This document shows, one piece after another, positions 44,496 through 49,035 of a DNA stretch of 49,035 nt (positions within the stretch are counted from its first letter, which is position 1; each line of letters begins with the position of its first letter). Where the stretch lies: positions 1 through 49,035 of the forward strand of contig DATLPI010000121.1 of the NCBI GenBank assembly GCA_035535815.1, given 5' to 3'. Both the position numbers and the translations under genes were made by a program. This DNA is from Actinomycetota bacterium (GTDB taxonomy: Bacteria > Actinomycetota > UBA4738 > HRBIN12). The notes beneath the pieces were generated by a model. It was given only the letters and a program-made list of their open reading frames with translations, did no database searches and was not told where the DNA came from.

Positions 44496-44798
44496 ATGGG
44501 GTTGGAGATCACCGCCGCCGAGGCGCCCGATGCCGAACTCGCCCTACGAGGCGAACTGGACCTGGCCACGGCCGGGCGGCTGCTCGAGGTCGCGCGGACA
44601 CTACGGAGTGGATGCAACGTCCGGCTGGACGTCAGCGAGCTCCATTTCGCCGACAGCAGCGGGATCCGAGCCATGCTGGAGGTCGTGGATTCGATCAAGC
44701 CGGGGACTTTGGTCCTGGTCCGGCCCACGCGCTCGGTGCGTCGGGTCCTGGAGCTGTTGGGGATCGATCAGGGCGCGGGGATCGTGCTGAAGGACTGA
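44496..44798 (+). CDS. STAS-domain anti-sigma-factor antagonist (SpoIIAA/RsbV-like)
   Basis: ...LRGELDLATAGRL... and ...LDVSELHFADSSGIRAML... (a DSSG phospho-serine motif) are present. The alternative upstream GTG at 44451 is in frame. Confidence 0.8.
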   Translation: MGLEITAAEAPDAELALRGELDLATAGRLLEVARTLRSGCNVRLDVSELHFADSSGIRAMLEVVDSIKPGTLVLVRPTRSVRRVLELLGIDQGAGIVLKD

Positions 44799-44810
44799 GC
44801 GCCCGGTCGT

Positions 44811-45167
44811 TCACCCCGCTTCGGCGGGCAGGACCATCGCGACCGCGTCGCCGTTCCATCGGAGTTCCGACGCGATCGCTCCGATCAAGCGGAGACGCAG
44901 GTCGTCCTGGTCCGAGGCCTCGGGCGATCGCACACCGAAGGTCTTGATCCGCATCGATCCCGCCTGATCCAGCTCGAGCGACACCCGGATCCGGGGCCCG
45001 TCGGCGAAGGCGAGCACCTCGGTCACGGCGAGCTTGCCGTCCTCGACGCGCTCGTCGTCGATGCCCCACGCGGTGCCGCAGGCCCCGATGAAGGTTCGGA
45101 TCATGGTGTGGAGGGCAGGATCCGACGGCAGATCCAGGGTCGCCGATGCCGGCGGAGATCCGTTCAC
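44811..45167 (-). CDS. Small RsbW-like protein lacking ATP-binding motifs (putative anti-sigma/pseudokinase)
   Basis: The GTG start at 45167 overlaps the upstream STAS stop (GTGA). The N-terminal layout ATLDLPSDPALHTMIRTFIGACGTAWGIDDERVEDGKLAVTEV resembles the RsbW/SpoIIAB N-terminus. I find no N-box Asn/His and no DxGxG or GxG boxes. Length is 118 aa. Confidence 0.5.
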   Translation of the reverse strand: MNGSPPASATLDLPSDPALHTMIRTFIGACGTAWGIDDERVEDGKLAVTEVLAFADGPRIRVSLELDQAGSMRIKTFGVRSPEASDQDDLRLRLIGAIASELRWNGDAVAMVLPAEAG

Positions 45168-45499
45168 CGTTCGGGGAGATCCTCGACGCGCTCCACGACC
45201 GTGAGCACCGTGTCCAGACCGGTAAGCGCGATCACCTTCATCGGAGCCGGTTGGAGACAGGCCATCGCCACGCCGCCACCGTGCTCGCGCGCTCGTTCCG
45301 ATGACGCCACGATCACCCCGAGGCTGCTGGAGTCCATGAACGACACCCGCTGCATGTCCACGGCCACCCACGGCGTGCCTGCATCCATCGCGGTCGCGAG
45401 CGCCTCAGCGAGCTGAGGAGAGGTGTGAAGGTCGAGTTCGCCGGCCACGGAGAGTATCGTCCAGCCCTGCTGGGTATGACGTTCGAACGCGAGATCCAT
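45164..45499 (-). CDS. STAS-domain anti-sigma-factor antagonist
   Basis: The ATG at 45499 follows GGAGGAAGC. ...ILSVAGELDLHTSPQL... and ...VDMQRVSFMDSSSLGVIV... are the STAS signature with a candidate phospho-Ser. Confidence 0.85.
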   Translation of the reverse strand: MDLAFERHTQQGWTILSVAGELDLHTSPQLAEALATAMDAGTPWVAVDMQRVSFMDSSSLGVIVASSERAREHGGGVAMACLQPAPMKVIALTGLDTVLTVVERVEDLPER

Positions 45500-45514
45500 C
45501 GAATGCTTCCTCCG

Positions 45515-45541
45515 GGTTGCGGTCGGCGACTCGCCGGGATC
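45515..45541 (+). promoter_or_regulatory. SigB/SigF-type promoter candidate GGTTGC-N15-GGGATC
   Basis: It lies about 33 nt upstream of the TTG start of the anti-sigma-like/sigma operon. It has the same architecture and spacing as the csbD-upstream motif at 46793-46819. It resembles the GTTT-N(14-16)-GGG(T/A)A(T/C) consensus of B. subtilis SigB and M. tuberculosis SigF. Confidence 0.4.
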
Positions 45542-45573
45542 CATCAGACGACGCCAGGGTACAGGAGGCGAGC

Positions 45574-45966
45574 TTGCGACCAGAGCCGACCACGATCTCA
45601 CTGACCGTTCCGGCTTCGCCGTCCTCGATCGCCATCGTGCGAACCGTGGCGGCGACGGTGGCGGGACGACTCGAGGTTCCGTACGACACCGTCGACGACC
45701 TGCGGATCGCGGTCGCCGAGGCATGCAACCGCATCCTCACCTCGGCCCCCCACGCGGCCGAACTCCGACTCGACGTCGAGTGGGACGAGGCCTCGCTCGT
45801 CGCGACCGTGTCCACGGGGGTCTCGCCTGGCGACCAACCCCCCGCGCACTCGACGGCGTGGGAATGGCGCATCATCGAAGGGCTCACCGACCACGCGTCG
45901 GAAGCGATCACCGACGGTCGGCTCGCGATCGAACTGCGGATCGGCATCGGCTCCCGCGTCGTATGA
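45574..45966 (+). CDS. RsbW/UsfX-like anti-sigma factor candidate with degenerate ATP-binding boxes
   Basis: The TTG at 45574 lies 5 nt after AGGAGG. ...ISLTVPASPSSIAIVRTVAATVAGRLEVPYDTVDDLRIAVAEACNRIL resembles the RsbW N-terminus plus a partial N-box. No DxGxG or G2 box is present. The stop overlaps the sigma start (ATGA). Confidence 0.6.
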   Translation: MRPEPTTISLTVPASPSSIAIVRTVAATVAGRLEVPYDTVDDLRIAVAEACNRILTSAPHAAELRLDVEWDEASLVATVSTGVSPGDQPPAHSTAWEWRIIEGLTDHASEAITDGRLAIELRIGIGSRVV

Positions 45967-46760
45967 GCGAGCAAGCGTCGGCAGGTGAAGCTCGGGAGGC
46001 GGACGACCGCGAAGTCGCCGCGTGGTTCGCGCAGCTCCCCGATCCGAAGGCCCGCGACGCCCTCGCCGAGCAGTTCCGCCCGCTGGCCGACTACCTCGCC
46101 CGGCGGTTCGCCGGCCGAGGGGAGAACGTCGAGGACCTCCAGCAGGTCGCGGCGATCGGATTGCTCAACGCGATCGACCGCTTCGACCCTGGCCGTGAGG
46201 TGCGGTTCTCGACGTACGCGTCGGCGACGATCGTCGGTGAGCTCAAGCGCAATTTCCGCGACAAAGGATGGACCATCCGTGTGCCCCGGCGGCTCCAGGA
46301 GCTCGCGACGCGTTTGAACCAGACCCTCCCGGAGATGACCGGATCCCTCGGCAGGACGCCGACCATCCCGGAGTTGGCCGAGCGGCTCGACGTGGAACCC
46401 GAGGACATCGTCGAGGCGATGGACGCCGCGCAGGCGTACTCGGCCACATCGCTGGACGCTCCGTTCGGCGAGGAAGGACTCACGCCTTCCGACACGCTCG
46501 GGGACGAGGATCCATCCATCGCGATGACCGACGAGTGGGCCTCGCTGGCGCCCGTCGTCGAGGCGCTGCCGCCCCGCTCACGGCGGGTCCTCTACCTCCG
46601 GTTCTTCCGGGGACTGACGCAATCGGAGATCGCCCAGGACATCGGCGTCTCCCAGATGCACGTGTCGCGCATCCTCGCTCAGACGATCCAGGAGCTCCGG
46701 GAAGGCGTGGGAGCCGACGACACCGGCCAGCCGAACGCGACCGACGACGCCGAGCCCTAG
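45963..46760 (+). CDS. Group 3 RNA polymerase sigma factor, SigB/SigF/SigG family
   Basis: ...VAAIGLLNAIDRFDPGREVRFSTYASATIVGELKRNFRDKGWTIRVPRRLQE... covers regions 2.x and 3. ...LYLRFFRGLTQSEIAQDIGVSQMHVSRIL... is the region 4.2 HTH. Confidence 0.9.
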   Translation: MSEQASAGEAREADDREVAAWFAQLPDPKARDALAEQFRPLADYLARRFAGRGENVEDLQQVAAIGLLNAIDRFDPGREVRFSTYASATIVGELKRNFRDKGWTIRVPRRLQELATRLNQTLPEMTGSLGRTPTIPELAERLDVEPEDIVEAMDAAQAYSATSLDAPFGEEGLTPSDTLGDEDPSIAMTDEWASLAPVVEALPPRSRRVLYLRFFRGLTQSEIAQDIGVSQMHVSRILAQTIQELREGVGADDTGQPNATDDAEP

Positions 46761-46792
46761 GAGCCGGCGTTCCGCACACGTTGACGAGGCCA

Positions 46793-46819
46793 GGTTTCGC
46801 GCCTCCCACAGACGGGAAC
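46793..46819 (+). promoter_or_regulatory. SigB/SigF-type promoter candidate GGTTTC-N15-GGGAAC
   Basis: It lies about 49 nt upstream of the csbD ATG. See the motif at 45515-45541 for the shared architecture. Confidence 0.45.
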
Positions 46820-46867
46820 ATCCTGGTCAGCCGAACGATCACGGGCCAACGATCCGAGGAGGACGAG

Positions 46868-47074
46868 ATGAGCGGAGTCGAGGACAAGACCGAAGGCACG
46901 ATGGACAAGGCCAAGGGCAAGGTGAAGGAAACGGTCGGCGACATGACCGACAACGAGCGCCTTGAGCGCGAAGGCAAGCGCGACCAAGCCGAAGGCGCGG
47001 CTGAGAAGGCGAAGGGTCACGTGAAGGACGCCGCGGATGACGTTCGCGACGGGGTCGACGATCTCCGCAAGTAA
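46868..47074 (+). CDS. csbD: CsbD-family general stress protein
   Basis: MSGVEDKTEGTMDKAKGKVKETVGDMTDNERLEREGKRDQAEG..KAKG.VKDA is a textbook CsbD repeat pattern. GAGGAGGA lies upstream. Confidence 0.85.
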   Translation: MSGVEDKTEGTMDKAKGKVKETVGDMTDNERLEREGKRDQAEGAAEKAKGHVKDAADDVRDGVDDLRK

Positions 47075-47100
47075 CGCTCGCAACCGAGCGATCGCAGCGC

Positions 47101-47133
47101 GAAGCCCCCGTGTCGTCATGACCCGGGGGCTTC
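47101..47133 (+). terminator. Stem-loop GAAGCCCCCG-N13-CGGGGGCTTC downstream of csbD
   Basis: A 10-bp perfect stem lies 27 nt after the csbD stop. There is no U-tract. Confidence 0.45.
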
Positions 47134-47161
47134 GGCTCGTCATGGATGAAGGTGGTGGCAG

Positions 47162-48187
47162 GTGCCGCGGTTGAGGAGGGTCTCGGATTCCCAGCCGGGC
47201 ATCCGCAGGGTCGGACGCGGTAAGGGGTTCTCCTACCTCGATCACCGGGACATGCCGATCCGCGACGCCGACACCTTGGCTCGGATCGATGCGCTCGCCA
47301 TCCCACCGGCCTGGACCGACGTCTGGATCTGCCCGGCGGAGAATGGCCACATCCAGGCCACGGGAACCGATGCCGCTGGACGTCATCAGTACCTCTATCA
47401 CGCAACCTGGCGCGAACGACGCGACGTCGAAAAGTTCCGACGCGTCGAAGGGTTCGCCCATCGATTGCCCGCCGTTCGCCGGCAGGTCACCCGCGATCTG
47501 CGCGAAGGGGACCTCGCCAGGGCCACGGTGTTGGCGTGCTCGATCCGCCTACTGGACCAAGCATTCTTCAGGATCGGCTCGGAGGACTATGCAGCCCAGA
47601 ACGGCTCGTTCGGTTTGGCTACCATCCGCAAGAGCCATGTGTCGCTCGAAGGGGACGAAGCCACGTTCGACTACACGGCCAAGAGCGGCAAGCGACGGAT
47701 CCAGGTGGTGCGCGACCCCGACCTGATGCCCATCCTGCGCACGCTGAAGGAACGACGAACGGGCCGGGAACTCCTTGCCTACCAGCTCGACGGGCGGTGG
47801 CGCGACCTACGGTCCGGGGAGATCAACGAGTACCTCAAGGCCCTCGCGGGTGAGGAGTACTCCGCCAAGGATTTCCGGACCTGGCACGCCACCGTGCTCG
47901 CGGCGGCCGAGGTCGCAGCGTCTCCGCCGGCCACCTCCGTCGCAGCAAGCAGGAAGGTGGTCACGGAGACGGTGAAGGCCGTCGCCGGCTACCTGGGGAA
48001 CACCCCCGCGGTGGCGCGCGCCTCCTACATCGATCCGCGCGTGTTCGATCGGTACCGCGACGGCATCACGATCGGGTCGGTGGCCGGCTCGTTCGACCTG
48101 TCCAGCGGGGAACGCGTTCGGGCACGGGTCGAACGTGCCGTGCTCGAACTCCTCGACCACGATGCCCCGGCTGCCGCCGCGGCGTGA
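47162..48187 (+). CDS. Type IB DNA topoisomerase (poxvirus-like bacterial TopIB)
   Basis: ...GIRRVGRGKGFSY......IRD...L.RI..LAIPPAW.DVWICP...GHIQATG.DAAGR.QY.YH..W... and ...FRTWHATV... are present. The C-terminal ...GNTPAVARASYIDPRV... carries the catalytic Tyr context. Confidence 0.85.
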   Translation: MPRLRRVSDSQPGIRRVGRGKGFSYLDHRDMPIRDADTLARIDALAIPPAWTDVWICPAENGHIQATGTDAAGRHQYLYHATWRERRDVEKFRRVEGFAHRLPAVRRQVTRDLREGDLARATVLACSIRLLDQAFFRIGSEDYAAQNGSFGLATIRKSHVSLEGDEATFDYTAKSGKRRIQVVRDPDLMPILRTLKERRTGRELLAYQLDGRWRDLRSGEINEYLKALAGEEYSAKDFRTWHATVLAAAEVAASPPATSVAASRKVVTETVKAVAGYLGNTPAVARASYIDPRVFDRYRDGITIGSVAGSFDLSSGERVRARVERAVLELLDHDAPAAAAA

Positions 48188-48298
48188 ACGACGTCGCGAT
48201 CGCGGAGCGTGCAGGGCGTGTAGATCACTCCTCGATCGGGAATGCGTCCCTTGCAGGCAGGGCCCGGGCCAGACCGGGGTACGCCAGGAGGTGCAGTC

Positions 48299-48862
48299 AT
48301 GGAACGAACGGTCACGAGAACGCGGAACGACACGGCTGATGATGTCGTGGTGCTCGCCGACGGTGCCGCACCACGATCCCGCATCCGATGGGCAGCTGTG
48401 TTCGCAGGGATGGTGCTGTCGGTAGGCCTGTTGGTCTTGCTCTCCTCGTTGTGGTTGGCGATCGCCTACGGCTCCGACGAGGCCTTCGTCGTGCGCAACC
48501 TCGAGTGGTTCGTGGGCGCCAGCGCCGTGGGCTGTCTCCTGATCGGCGGGTTCCTCGCGGGACGGTTGTCTGGCGTGCCCGGCGCCGGAACCGGCCTCGC
48601 ACACGGATTGACGCTGTGGGCGTTGACCCTGTTGGTCGTCTTGGCGATCGGTATCCCATCGGTGATCAACGTGCTGAACCTCGGGCGCGTGGCCACCGAG
48701 CTCCAGCCGACCACCAGCGTCATCGCCTCCGGGGTGGACAGCAGCCTGTGGGCGACGTTCATCGCGATGGTCGGGGCGCTCGTGGCGGCGGGGATCGGCG
48801 GCATGATCGGCGGCGCGTCGCAGCGCCGACACGATCACGTCGACGACCTCGACCGGCGATGA
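48299..48862 (+). CDS. Hypothetical membrane protein (about 4 TM)
   Basis: The ATG at 48299 lies 7 nt after AGGAGG. Gly-rich TM helices are present and I recognise no motif. Confidence 0.55.
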   Translation: MERTVTRTRNDTADDVVVLADGAAPRSRIRWAAVFAGMVLSVGLLVLLSSLWLAIAYGSDEAFVVRNLEWFVGASAVGCLLIGGFLAGRLSGVPGAGTGLAHGLTLWALTLLVVLAIGIPSVINVLNLGRVATELQPTTSVIASGVDSSLWATFIAMVGALVAAGIGGMIGGASQRRHDHVDDLDRR

Positions 48863-49035
48863 ACACCTCGACCTCACCGATGACGCGCGACCGCAGCCGG
48901 CGGCTCGACGAGATCGACGACGCGCGGGCCGCCCGGTTGCGGGATCGCCTGAAGCGTCGGCTCCTCGTCGCATCGGTGGCCGGGCCCGTCATCGGCGTGG
49001 TGATGGGGGTCCTGGTCGGCTCCGTGGCCTTCCAG
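48859..49035 (+). CDS. Hypothetical protein, N-terminal fragment (3' end outside window)
   Basis: The ATG at 48859 overlaps the upstream stop (ATGA). The frame is open to the window edge and translates as MNTSTSPMTRDRSRRLDEIDDARAARLRDRLKRRLLVASVAGPVIGVVMGVLVGSVAFQ (charged helix then TM). Confidence 0.4.
   Translation, partial: MNTSTSPMTRDRSRRLDEIDDARAARLRDRLKRRLLVASVAGPVIGVVMGVLVGSVAFQ

Noticed and set aside
48277-48282. GGGTAC upstream of the 48299 membrane-protein gene as a third SigB/F-type -10 element
   Set aside because: It lies only 17 nt from the ATG and overlaps the SD region. No GTTT-like -35 occurs at the required spacing.

Overview
This is a high-GC (about 70% by eye), densely coding chromosomal segment of actinobacterial type. 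The class cannot be fixed without a database search. I support about 47 CDS and one tRNA-Ala(CGC). I see no rRNA, CRISPR array, transposase, integrase or prophage signature. Many long ORFs in the supplied track are antisense or out-of-frame shadows typical of high-GC DNA, and I rejected them. All calls rest on motif recognition from memory and manual reading; no searches or statistics were run.

Content in order:
1. A DUF1365 gene tail and tRNA-Ala.
2. A conserved block: fmdB-like Zn-ribbon, a divergent galU-moeA-moaC operon, and a SepX/GlpR-like membrane protein.
3. Housekeeping and miscellaneous genes: mtnP, an orphan CpaB-like protein, a secreted lysyl-oxidase-like protein, uppP, a SnoaL-like protein, a sulfite-oxidase-like Moco enzyme, and pmbA/tldD.
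4. A cell-envelope glycoconjugate cluster: a lipoprotein, a GT-C-like membrane protein, two paralogous MptB/GT87-like mannosyltransferases, an acyltransferase-3 protein and a small membrane protein.
5. rlmN, then a probable repair operon: AlkA-like glycosylase, DinB-fold protein, a divergent IMPase-like protein and a 5'-3' exonuclease.
6. A roughly 1460-aa membrane-anchored protein combining a sensor-like ectodomain with a giant Ala/Glu/Arg coiled coil that carries an internal 159-bp tandem duplication.
7. Assorted enzymes and transporters.
8. An 899-aa secreted propeller/DUF11/Ig-like surface protein.
9. A SigB/F-type partner-switching locus: a CHASE-GAF-GAF-PP2C-HATPase mega-sensor, two STAS antagonists, two small RsbW-like proteins lacking ATP-binding motifs, and the sigma factor. 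A shared GGTTkC-N15-GGGAwC promoter-like motif lies upstream of both the sigma operon and a csbD stress gene.
10. A type IB topoisomerase and membrane proteins.

The partner-switching locus and the sensor-coiled-coil giant are the candidates I rate highest for new biology.
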